From the human T2T-CHM13v2.0 reference genome, Homo sapiens, in assembly GCF_009914755.1 (NCBI RefSeq), contig NC_060941.1: DNA of 64,000 nt; one strand, given 5' to 3'. The translations under genes and the position numbers were made by a program. This document shows positions 28,851 through 43,497 of the stretch, one piece after another (position 1 is the first letter of the stretch; every line of letters begins with the position of its first letter). Below the pieces are notes generated by a model, which did not search any database, was not told the origin of the DNA, and was given only the letters and a program-made list of their open reading frames with translations.

Positions 28851-31800
28851 GCACTCTGGCTCCACCTCCACACAATGGGCACCTTGAGTAAGGAAGAATG
28901 TCTGGTTTATCTTTCATCCTCAGTCCCTGGTGCTTAGTAGGGCACGGTCAATATAAAATCTAATTAAGTGCACATCTTGATCAGCACGCACCACTTGACC
29001 CTCTCACTCTCTCTTTTTGTCTAAACAACTAAGATACTCTCCATACCACCCAGTTCAACATTTAACAGCTTTCTAAATGCTTTTATGTTCCCAACTAGAC
29101 CACAGGAGCTGGTACACACGTGGCTGATTTCTCCCAGATGGCCTAGCCCAGTGGTTCTCAGCCTCGGCTGCAGGTTGGCATCACTGGGGCTTTGGCCCCA
29201 TCCCCCATACCCAGGTCCCACCCCAGGCCACCCCTCTGGGAGTGGGACCCAGGCATCGGAATTTAAATTCCCCAGGTGGTTCCAGAATGTAACCAAAGTT
29301 AAGAAACACATTTCTAGAAAAAATACGATACCAGAAACTATTTGTTAATTCAACCAATTCTGTGTGTGTTCAAGTGAGTGCAATTATAGAGAGAGACAGA
29401 GAGAGACACACACAGCGTGACAGAGAGTAAACAAGAAAAAGTTTACTTGGCAATGTGTAGACTTGGTTCCTCTCCTTTGGCACTACTGACATTTTGGGCC
29501 AGAGGGTGGTGGAGGCTGCCCTGTGCCCTGTGTAGGGTGTTTAGCAGCATCCCTGGTCTGTACCCACTGGGTGCCAAAAGCAATGCCCCACACAGGTGTA
29601 ACAACCAAAAATGTCTTCAGATATTGTCAAATGTCCCTGGGGATGAGGGGGCATAATCACCTATGGATGAGAACTACTGGTGTAGACTAGCCACCCAATA
29701 ATTGACTGCATGTTTGTTTCACATTTCAATTGTAAAACATATGACTACTTTTCCAAACTGGACTGAATGCCTGAGGATTCTGGACATTGGATGAAGTGTC
29801 TCTGAGAGGGACATGGAGGATGGGATGGTGGCTCAGCAATAGGTTCTGAGGCAAGAAGGAGTTACATGGAAACTAATCAGGTAGGTTCGAGGCAGTTAAG
29901 AGGAGCAGGTGGTGGTCAAGCCTATAAAAGATGAGCAAAACAAACCAGAAAAAGCCAGATATTCAGTAAAATTGCAAAGTTGGAAGCAAGCAGAGGGCTG
30001 TCAAGGATTAAGGGAGGTGATGACCACAAGTGGGAAAAAGCAAACAGAGGAGAAGCTTTCAGAAGTTTTTGAGCAGGGGAAGGACCACACAAAACAGGGT
30101 TTTAGGGCCAGAGTCTAGCCTGGCAACAACAGTTGCAACAACGGGCTGCAGCAATTCAAACCCACCTGTTCACCCACATCTACAATGCCTCAGTTAGGAC
30201 AAAGACTGTTATTCCACAGACAGAGTTCAAAAGAGCCAGGTGCAGATGCTGGCACAGAAAATGTCAGGGGGCAGATGTGGGAGTCATTAGAGCTGCCTCT
30301 CGAGCACCTTGAGCAGGAGCCACTGCTTTGAGGACTCTTCAACCAGCTCCCCCAGCCCCTGCCGGGTCCCTGAGGAAGAGCTGCAGAATGGCCGCTCCAG
30401 GCATCATGCCAAAAGCACAGGGGGCCAGCCAGAGCCCCCACCCCCAACCCGCCAGCCGCCAACAGGATCCCTCCCTCCAGGCATCCTCCTCCCCATCACA
30501 GTTGTGCACATGCTGCCCTTCCTTCACCCCAGCCCCTCCTATGCCTCCCCGCCTTGCTCTGCCACCCCCACTCTCTTGGCTTCTCTATCTCTCTGCATTC
30601 CTTCTCAGCCCTTTCAGGGTTCCTCTTCCCCTGCCCACCTCTGAGTGTTGGTGATCCCAGACTTCAATCATGGGCCCCTTCTCTCATTGTCTCAAACTCT
30701 CTAACACCCAGATCTGTACTCCCCAACTTGAAAAATCCTTCAGTTGTTCTCTACTAGATACAAGATAAAACCCAAGATACCTCTTATTCTACAAAAAAAA
30801 AAAAATTAAAAGCCACATCTATCCCTAAGAGCCTGAAGTCATCTGTTCTTAAATCATACTGCATAGCAGCCATTTGCTTACTTCTGTCTCCACCACAGAC
30901 TTTGAGCAGAAACCTACAGCCCCGGCACCTAGCAGGTACCAGGTACTTAATACTCAGAGGAGTACTTACCATTTGCTGAGCACTTTCTAAGTGCTTTCTT
31001 AAAAAGTACTTTGTTTTATCATCATAAAATAATTATTTTACATTATTATTTATAATAATAATATTATAGTAATATCAGCAATAGTATTTATTATCCCCAT
31101 TTTATAGATGAAAGTACTGAGCTGCAGAAATGTGAAGAAACTTCCCCAAACTTACCCAGTTAGTAAACAGGGAGATTCAAACCCAGTCTGACCCCAAAGT
31201 CAGCACTCTTCGTCACTGTGCAATACTATATCTTAATAAGAGCCTTTAAATGAAATAATCTAATTATGCACGAGATTTTGCAGTGAATGAAGGTAAATGC
31301 TACTGCAGCTCCTTCTGAGCCTCAACATGGAGATTCAGGGAAAACAGGATAAGCATCGTGCCCAGATGAAGGGGCCAGGATGGGAGACCAGCCTGACAGA
31401 CAGGCTTCCCAGACATTCTAACTTTGCTGGGTCACTGCTACTTCCCTTCACTGGGTGGGGCTAAAATGCCACCAAAGTCAGTATCATTTTAGCAACAGGA
31501 GGAACCAAGCCAGGCCTGAATTGGGTCCGGGGCCAGCATAGCAGGGTCTAGTAACATCTACTCACAGAGGGAGCCTGGTTCAGAAAGACTAGACAGGTGG
31601 ATATCATGACCCCACAGGGCAGAAGTAAGGCCAGAGACCAAAATCAGAGGGATGAGATCAGAGCAGAACCCCTCAGGCAGCTGGGGCAGAGATTCTCCCT
31701 GCCTGGACAGACCATCATTGACCAAGGATGCTGGTCCAGCCTGCTCCGGGGCCCAAGGGAAGAGGCAGGAGATGGGGTTAGCGTTGGCTAAAGGGAACAG

Positions 31801-32096
31801 CTCCCCAGCAAGCAGGACAGGGGTGACATTCAGCAGCCCTCTCCAGATTCTAGAACTCCCACCATTGGCCTCATTATTTTCTATTTTAAGTTACCCTGTT
31901 CATAACAGGTGAGTCGGGCTGGCACCTCCAAAGGAGAAAATGCATAGGTAAAAGATTGAGATTGCAGCTATCTTCTACCTGAAACTCTAACCGAACCCCT
32001 AACTAGCAGCCCATGCTGGGACCAACACCTAGTTTCATAGTGAATGGCATTCAAATGATCACATTTTCTTTAAAACTGCCAGAGCAAAGCACTCAC

Positions 32097-32197
32097 CCGC
32101 ATTGGCTCATCGGGGAATCCGGGTTTGCTTGGTCTATCCTGTCGCCGAGATCTTAGGAGCTGTTTGGCCTGCTTCTCTGTCAAAATCGGGGAGGTCT
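32097..32197 (-). CDS. C17orf67: C17orf67 coding exon 2 (ETSPILTEKQAKQLLRSRRQDRPSKPGFPDEPMR)
   Basis: Acceptor cttttccag|AG; donor CGG|gtgagt; 101 nt, phase 1 to phase 0, in frame with neighbouring exons. Confidence 0.93.
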
Positions 32198-32983
32198 CTG
32201 GAAAAGTCGGGAAGGTGCCTTAAGGACACTCAGGCTCAGGAGTTCATGAGCCATCTCAACAGTCCAAGGCAAAAGATTTGCAAGTTCAATTTTGGTTAAA
32301 ACATGAAAGTTCTTTCCCGGGGACCTGTCCCAAAGGATGCAGCATTCCAGAGGGCTCAGGAAGGAATTTTGAATTGTTTCTAACATGATTACTCAGAGCA
32401 AAAGCTGCACAACCTAAACATATTTACTGATTGCAATGGTCCATCTCTTTGAAAGTGGGTATTAATTTAATGAATCTTCAGTTCACTGGTCTGTGTGTCT
32501 TAGGTTTGCTTTCATGGAAGTTTTTTTTAATCCTCACTACACTAAATCAAGTTTAAAGTCATTACTGGAAGATGCCCAGCGATAATAAGATTATGTTAAA
32601 CTTGATCATCACAACCCCTCAAAGAAGATAGTATAAAAGTGCTTTGATAATTACTTGCAAATTCTAAAAGATATTATCATCATAAAAATATATCAAATTT
32701 TGGTGATCTCATATAAACTCTAAAATAAGCTATTAGAAGCTGAAGATTTATCAGCATTTTTGAGAATTAGTGCTCAAATACATTTAAAGATTTTTAAAAA
32801 ATATATAACATCTTTAATGATAAAAATTCTGGAAGCCTACTCTTATGGAAAAATAAGAAAAGAAAGAGCATTGAAATATCTATATACACTATATATTATT
32901 TAAAATTAAAAAATTAAATATCAAATAGACTATTATTTATCATGTCAGCATAGAAATAGGCTGTTTTTGGAGTCAGTGCCCAC

Positions 32984-33038
32984 CTGAGAAGACAGTCAGT
33001 AAGGTAAGAGACAGCACGAGCACAGGCAATGTCTTCAT
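32984..33038 (-). CDS. C17orf67: C17orf67 coding exon 1, signal peptide MKTLPVLVLSLTLLTVFS; in-frame upstream ATG at 33110; exon probably starts at 33238
   Basis: ATG at 33038; donor CAG|gtgggc; acceptor tttccttcctcag| ending at 33239. Confidence 0.9.
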
Positions 33039-34099
33039 CCTGCCTTGGTTCCTCTGCCTCTTGCTGAGTGAATCCTCCCAGACTGAGTCAGCCAACTTGA
33101 AGGAAGCCATGCCAGGCCCTGCGCTTGTTTATGCTTTGACTAACGGGACTTACGGTATGATGCTGAATGTATCTGACTCTGAGCGTTTTAGTAATGACCA
33201 CTGAAATATTTTCCTCCGAATTCCTGTAAATTTTCATCCTGAGGAAGGAAATTGTTCCTCTGTAATATGACTTTCAGAGCTTGAATCTGAAAAAGCAACA
33301 TGTGATATTCACTTCATTTAAACAGACAGATAAGCACCAGACAGATGTTTGTGAGTGTTTCTCTGGAGCTTCCATTTATGCTCCTGTTTCATTGAGAATT
33401 CATGATCTATTACACATTTGTATCTTTTAGGACATTTTTCTAAAGCCCATTCACCAGTCTAATTTGATCTTCCCAATAATCTCAGAGGTAGGCAGGGAAA
33501 TTAGCAAGGGGCATGATGAGTGGGGAAAAACAATTTTCAGCTGACTTTAGAGACAGAAAAACAGAGTTCAAATCCTAGCTTCAATTTTTTCTAGCAATGT
33601 AGCCTTAGGTAAGTGACTTACCCTTTCTGAACTTCAGTTTCCTCCCCTGTCAAAAGGAGATAAGAGCACCTACCTTGTGGGGTGCAATAAAGGATGAGGG
33701 GAAAGCTATGACCTTCATGGCAGCTAGTACTATTCATCGTCCACTTCCATCTTACAGTAAGAAAAGTGAGATTCAAAGATGTGAAATCAAGTTCAAGTTC
33801 ACACATTATGGATGCCAAGGTAGAGCCTACGTCTTCTGTCTTCAAACCTAGATCATGTGCTCTTCCCAGTAAGCCCCATAACCTCAGGGACAACTCCTCA
33901 TCTTTTACAGGGCCTCACGCAACATGCTGTCATAAGACTGGAACCAGCCATGCTCCAGATTCAAGGGTATTTTTATAAGGACAACAAAAGTTTAAGAAGC
34001 TGAAGTCATTTCAAATTCAAATCATCTATAAATATCACATGAAGAAAGTTTCTTGTTTTGTTTTGGTTTGGTTTGGCTTGGTTTGGTTTGGTTTGGTTT

Positions 34100-35762
<1,663 letters not shown>

Positions 35763-37069
35763 ATATTTTTTTAAATTTTGCAACTTTTGTCTATATCAGC
35801 ACTGTCCGATAAAAACATAAAGCCACAGATGCAAACAACATATGTAATTTAAATTTTTTCAGTAGCCACTTTTTTTAAGTAAAAAGGTTAAATATTTTAA
35901 TATTATATTTTAACATGATGAAATATCCAAAATATTATTATTTTAACACATAATCAATATAAACAAGTTGTCAATGAGAGATTTTATACCTTTTTTTGTA
36001 CTAAACCTTCAAGATCTGGTGTAGATTTTACACTTATACATTTCAAGTGCTCGGTAGCCACATGTGGCTAGTGCTACCATATTAGACAACATGGATCTAG
36101 ATCCTTCCGTCTCTAATGCCACCACCCAAGTCTAGGCCATTGTTTCCCTCACCCAGCTTCTGGCACCAGGCTCCCAAATGGGATTCTAGTTTCCCTCCCT
36201 GTTCACTTCAATCTGTTCTCCAGGTAGCAGCAAGGATGAAATAGAAAGTATCAGTTAGACCTCATCACTTCCATGCATAAGATCTTTCCTCATCTTCCCA
36301 TGAGAGTCAGAATAAAATTAAAATCCCTACCAAGCACAACAGGACCCTGTGTTTTTTGTGCCTACTGCCCTTTCCAACCTTACTCCAACCACTCCCCTCC
36401 TGCTCACTGCCATCTGGCCACACTCACTCACTTTCAGCTTAACAAGCCCACTCCCGCCTCAGGACCTTTGCATGTGCTTTTTCTCCCTCTTTTAATGACT
36501 GGATCTATCTCATCCTTCAGGTTTCAATTTGAAATTTCTCCTACTCAGGAAAGCCTGCCCTTACCAGCCTTCTTAATAAAAAGTTCCCTGCCCCCACCAC
36601 CACCACTCTCCATCTCACAGCACTCACCATAATTTATACGTATTGCATTTATTTACTTTTTAAAAATCTGTCTCCTTCACTGGTAAGCTTTAAGCAAGCT
36701 TGTATTATTTTTATAATTTTTTAAAGCATAAGGCAACCTCTGGTGGACTGAGGTGGTGAGACTGGAGAGAGTCGGAGCCTGTATCACACCCTGGGAGGCT
36801 GCTGCAAGTCTCGGGTGGGGAGGGCCGTTCAGGTGTGATACTGGCAGGGCCATCAAATGCCCTTCAGCTTGGCCTCTGGATGTTGTCCTAAAAGAAGCGA
36901 GAGGGGGAGGAATATAGAAAGACCGAAAGAGCAAAGTGTCTTATTGTGAGTGTCACTCAGGCGGTGAGAATTCTCTTCTAAACCCCATCCCGGTTCTCAG
37001 GAAAAGCCCCAGCGGGGTAACGAGGTGAGTCGGCAAGGCTCCCAGTAGAAGACGCAATTCCCAATAAAT

Positions 37070-37083
37070 CCACAAGGTGGCAG
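37070..37083 (+). promoter_or_regulatory. Candidate CTCF site CCACAAGGTGGCAG
   Basis: Close match to the CTCF core CCASYAGRKGGCRS in unique sequence. Confidence 0.55.
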
Positions 37084-37295
37084 AGCAGAAGGTGGAACCA
37101 GGGACAACTAAGATCAGGGGAAAGAGCTCAAGGCCACTAAGGTTAATTATTCAAGAAGTTGCCAGCGATTCCAGAGAATCTACTGGAGGTGGAGAGAGAG
37201 GGTGCTGCTGCACCTAAAACTATTTCCGTACTTTTATTTTAATTGATGTACTACTTGAAGGCATTCATCAGATGTTGTGGCCTAGGAAAGCGGTA

Positions 37296-37897
37296 CAGTA
37301 AGTCCTCATAACATTATTGCTGATAAATTCTTGGAAACTGAGACTTTAAGCCAAATGGTCCAGAATGAACCAATTTTACCATAAGCTAATTGATATACAC
37401 AAGAGGTGAGTTCCTATGGCATATTTCTGGTCACAAAACATCACCAAACTTCTAAATAAGGACCCAAAACATTTCTAATATCAAACGTTGAAGGCTATAC
37501 ATGTATTTAAGAAAGATTAATAAAAACAAGTAAGATAGTTATTAATATTTACCCACTTATTCTAGTTCAGGGCCGTGGTGGCTGGAGCGTGTCCCAGCAG
37601 CTCAGGGCACCAGGCAGAAACCAGCCCTGGAGAAGACACCATTCCATCGCAGGGCACACTCTCACACACCCACCCACACGCACTCACGCGGGGACAATTC
37701 AGACACACCAATGAACATAACGTGCACAGCTTTAGGATGTGGGAAGAAACCGAAGTACCCAGAGAAAACCCACGCAGACATGGAAAGAACATGCAAACTC
37801 CACACAGACAGTGGCCCGGGGCTGGAATCAATTTTTTTTCTCATCAACATTGTAATGAAACAACGTTGAAGGAAACAATGTTATTTGAGGACCTGTT
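37296..37897. mobile_element. MER82-like Tigger DNA transposon
   Basis: cagtaagtcctca...tgaggacctgttg termini. Confidence 0.65.
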
Positions 37898-38068
37898 GTG
37901 TTAACTATTTGATAACATTTAAAAGCCTATAAAGGAATAATGCTACCACCCATATTCACAACACCCAAACACAACTTTTTGTTTGGGTGAGTTTCCCTTT
38001 TTTTTTTTTTTTTTTTTTTGGAAGGAACTGTCCCATTACACAGATATTTAAGTGTCATTGACAAATGA

Positions 38069-38371
<303 letters not shown>

Positions 38372-38956
38372 TAAACTCCTGGGCTCAAGTAATCCTACCC
38401 CCTTGGCCTCCCAAAGGAACATTTTTTTAAGTATAGAAAAATGCCAAATCTGTCCCCATCAAGAGAATTATAATGTGTCGACATTTTTTAGGCCCAGGGT
38501 AAATTAAATAAATTCTAACAGTCCTCTCCATATTTGCTTTCATCTTTTTTACTGTCTACCTCACATGTACATTGTAAAGAATTATATATACATTGTAAAA
38601 ATATGGAATTTATAGTATAGTTGGTAGACTAGACTACAGTATTTTTTAAAATAATGATAGTAACTTTAAAGCAATGATAGTAACTCCATAAGCTGTGTGT
38701 GGTGCTTATGGGTCTAGATCCTTCCATCTCTATTGTCACCACCCACATCTAGGCCACTGTTATCTCTCACCCAGCACCAGGCTCCCAGCTGGCATCTCAG
38801 CTTCCCTCCCTGTTCCTTCAATCTATTCTCTATGCAGCAGCAATGATGATCTTCATGAAATAGACATAGGAAATATGTTAGACCTCGTCACTTTGCTTCC
38901 CTGTAAACATTTATTTACAGGCATACTGTGCAGACATATGTTAGGTCTGGGCAGGT

Positions 38957-39447
38957 GTGGTAGGTTGAATTATTAGCATCAATTCTTCACTACCACCCCA
39001 AATTTATGCTCTCTGCCACATGACTTTGCAGCCCCATGTCTTGACTTTGGACTCAACCAGATGACTTGTTTTGGGCAGTGGGATGGTGGCAGACATGACA
39101 CTAACAAGGGTGTGAAATGGTTTGTGCAGTTAAGTGTGCCCTCTGACATGTCTGTCATTGCTACAAAAAGACCTTCCCCCCGTTGGCTACTGCCCCTTCA
39201 AGCTGAGTCTCAGAATTAGCTTACATGCAAAGTAGCTAAGAAAGGAGCCAAGTTTATGCAGATCTGTAGCTTAAAAGAGACCCACTCAACCCAGCCCGGT
39301 CTATTTCAGCTGACTTCCAGCTACCACAGCCTGAAGCAGAGCCACATCACCTGCAGATCCCTCAGAATAAATGACAGTTATTTTAAGCCACTAAGACTAG
39401 GAGTGGTTTGTTTCATAGCATTACTCTGACAATAGCTAACTGATACA
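38957..39447 (+). mobile_element. MLT1 (MaLR) LTR
   Basis: tgtggtagg...ttttaagccactaag...tagctaactgataca. Confidence 0.75.
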
Positions 39448-41968
39448 GAGGATTCTAATGGGATGGTTAGTGTGTCCAAATCTGGGTGCTATTGCATCTA
39501 AGTTAATAATAGGCTCCTGCCAGAACATTCATTCAAAAGTGACTGAGTTTCTACTGTGTAGGCAGTGTGGTATAATGGTTATGACTGTGGGCAGCAGAGT
39601 CATCAACAGACCTGGCCTTGAATGCTGATTCTCAAACTTATTGCCTGTGTTACGTTGGAGCTGAGTGACATTGGGGAAATTTCTTAACTTTCCAAATCAC
39701 TGTTTTCTCACTTATAAAAAAAAAGAATTATAATAAAATTCACCTCATAAGGTTAATATTTAAAAGAGGTATGTGTAAAGTTCGTGACACATAATAAAAG
39801 TCTACTACTTGGAAATCATTGTTATTATTTCTCCTCCTTCTCTATGCCAAATCTCTTTGCATATGCACTCTATTTTGTAAAAATGTTTTGAATGACTAAA
39901 GATAGATTAATCACATGTATTAAGACACACAACTTTATTGTTGAAATATATATATTAGAAAAGAAAATATGGTTCATTTCTAATGTGAGTTGACTTGCCC
40001 CGTGTCAACACCGCAGGCCCTGGCTTCCCTTTACATATCCTCAGCACTTCTACAGGCATACACCCCTTCCTGTCTGCAGCAGCAATACAATGGTAAGATG
40101 TTTTGGCCTTGGACAGGGGCCTTTCCGGCCTGCTGCACGCCTCCACAAGTGGACTCTAATTTCTACTCTGGGTCCAGGATGTTGGCCTCAACTATGTCTG
40201 CCCAGCAGGTGAGGACAGCCAAGGTCAGCATCATGTTCCTGATGGCCAGTGTCAGGCTTCTCTCCAACTTAAACAGGGACAAAGGAGCATTGGCACAGGC
40301 AGAATCACGTAAGATGGGTATGAATAAACATACTAGGGGAGTGAACCATGCACAAAATAATTTATGAAACCACTTCTAAGGCTACTGTCATACGACATTA
40401 CATTCAGGAAAAGTGCTAGGCCTCTAATTGGAAGAGAAAAGCTCTAGTTCTGGGGAAAAATACTGAACTGTGTCACTTTTCTTGGTGGGATCTCTGTTGG
40501 GATGATTAAGCTTCGGAGAGGTTAGGAGACTCTCTAGCACTGCTTCTCAGGCCATTAGGTGCATTAGAATCACCTGAGGTTCAACAGACATCTAGAAAGC
40601 CTCTGACATGAAAAGTAAAGACAAAAAAGATAAAAGAAAAAGCAACTTGGGGAAATCAGACACCATGCAATTGGAGAAAATAAATAAATAACATTAATAT
40701 CCTCTAAGAGACCAAAGTTTTGCTTGTGTGGAACATGAACAAGATGCTGTAAAAAAGGAATGTTCAGAAAACAAATTAACCAAAATACTTCTTAGAAATG
40801 AAAAACCATAATAGCAGAAATTTAAAACTCAGTTGAGTCAAGAAAAAAGCTAAGGAAATCTTTTAGAAAAATAGAGCAAAAATGAGGAGGAAAGTTTTAA
40901 AAAAACAAGAGAGAAAAACATATTTTTAAAAGACAGGACATTTACCTAAATGAGTTGAAAACTCATGTCCACACAAAAACCTGCACACAGATGTTTATAA
41001 CAGTTTTATTCATAGCTGGCAAAACTTGGAAGCAACCAAGATGTTCTTCTGGAGGTGAATGGATAAATAAACTGTGGCACATCCAGACAATGGAATATTA
41101 TTCAGCACTAAAAAAAAATGAGCTATCAGGCCATGAAAAGATATGGAGAAAACTTAAATGCATATTACTCAATGAAAGAAGTCAGTCTAAGGACAGGCTG
41201 CCTGTTGAGCCTGATACAAAAGCTTATTTGTACTTTATCTTAATGACTGCTATGATTGGAGTGCCCCTGCCAAAACTCATGTTGAAATTTTATTGCCACT
41301 GATGGTGTTGGGAGGTGGGGCCTTTAAGAGTTGATTAAGTCACGGGAGCACCACCCTCCTGAATGGATAAGACTGTTATTTGGGGAGTGAGTTTGTTCTC
41401 TTGGGAGTAAATTAGTTCTTATAGGAGTGAGTTAGTTCTCCTGAAAGCGGGTTGTTATAAAATTGAGCCTGGATCACTCTTGTGGTCTCTTTTGCACACA
41501 CTGGCTTGCCCTTCAGCTTTTTGTTCATGTTATGACACAGAGCAAAAGCCCTCACCAGAGGCTGCCACCATGCCCTTAGACTTCCCAGCCTCCAGAGCTA
41601 TGAGCCAGATGAACCATTTTTCTTTCTAAATTTCCAAGTCTCAGGTATTCTGCTATAGCAACAGAAAACAGATTAAGACAAGAACCAGGAGCTGATGGGC
41701 TCCCCATTCTCCCATGTCCCCATTCCCACACCCCATTGCATGGATTAGCTAAAGATACTCATGTCTCCCTGAGCTGAGCTGCAAAGATTAAAAGCAGCCT
41801 CCTTCCTCTTCAGCCATATTTTTGCCAGCTGTTCAAACCACAGCCCTGCTCAGATGCCCTCACTGTGATTAACAATCTTCCCAAGACCTTGCCCACTGAC
41901 TTCCCCAGGTGGAATCTTCTCAAGGAAACTGAATCCAGACTCTGTCCCAAAGACATTGCTCAACTTAC

Positions 41969-42083
41969 CTCCTGCTGGGAACCTTCACATATCAATGATT
42001 TACTGCTATTTCCCAAAAGGGCCAGCTTTGGGCTTTTCAGTCTTTCAAACAAAACTGTATCATTCAGGGATACCCTTAGGCAT
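41969..42083 (-). other. C17orf67: C17orf67 5'UTR exon (115 nt)
   Basis: Acceptor tttctttgcttttctttatag|; donor GAG|gtaagt. Confidence 0.7.
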
Positions 42084-42310
42084 CTATAAAGAAAAGCAAA
42101 GAAATGAAGGCCACAAAAGTTACGATAGTAGTTCCTTCTGATGGGGGAGAAGGTGTATCAAACAAGTGAGCACACAAGAGCTCTCAAATCTTCAATATGT
42201 TAACCAGGTTTTTACTATTATTTTTAAAACCGTATATGTGTTTTATAAACTCTTCTGCATGTGTGACACATTTCAAAATATAAACAAAAAAAGTTTGAAT
42301 AAAGAATTAC

Positions 42311-42551
42311 CTAGGGAACTTGTTAAGAAGTTAGATTCCTAGCTCCACTTCATATTCTGACTTCAGAGACCTGGTCAGGACCACAGAATCTATATTTTAA
42401 AATGATGCTGATGCAGGTGATTCAAAATCCACACTCTGCGGTACCCTAAATGGTTGAAGAGCATCACAAACTTTGGCATCAGATAAACCTAAGTTCAAAG
42501 CCCCAACTCAGTTGACTCCTGACTGTGTGATATCAAGCAGGTTTTCTTCAT
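42311..42551 (-). other. C17orf67: C17orf67 5'UTR exon (241 nt), MIR/MER5-derived
   Basis: MIR-derived acceptor attttacag|ATG; donor TAG|gtaatt. Confidence 0.55.
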
Positions 42552-43169
42552 CTGTAAAATAAGGATGATAAACTTAACACAGTGCCTAGGACCTACTAAC
42601 TCATCAACACATGTTGGCCACAAATATTATTATTACTTTTAGTGAATTAAGAGTGTATCTCCTCAGGTGTGGCAATTTCTATTAATCTGTCCCTACACAG
42701 GTAAATTTTCCAGATAAAAATTTACTTAGCAAAGAGAGACTACTATTCTTAAAAGCTTTCCCATAAGCCTTAAACTTTTCAAATTCTTTAACTAAATCTG
42801 AGAATCTAAGGAAATAACCCTAAACAAAGGAATTATTTATAATAGCAAAATATTAGAAATAGCTACAACAAAAGTAAGGTTATACACACTGTAAGCTATA
42901 TTCATAGAATGGAGTATAATGTAGCCATTAAATAGGACTTTTTAATAACATATAAAAGTTATTTTGTAATGCTAAATAAGAGCCAGATAGACACTATTAT
43001 CTACCACATCATCAAAAGTATGCATTAAAAAAAAGTAAATCAGTTTCCATAGAAAATAATGGAATAGACCAAAATGTTCAAACACAGGGTGTCTTTGGAG
43101 TGAGAGATGGTGATTCTTTTCTTCCTTTTTACTTTTTCAAATACTCTATAATGGGGATTGGGGGAAACC

Positions 43170-43497
<328 letters not shown>

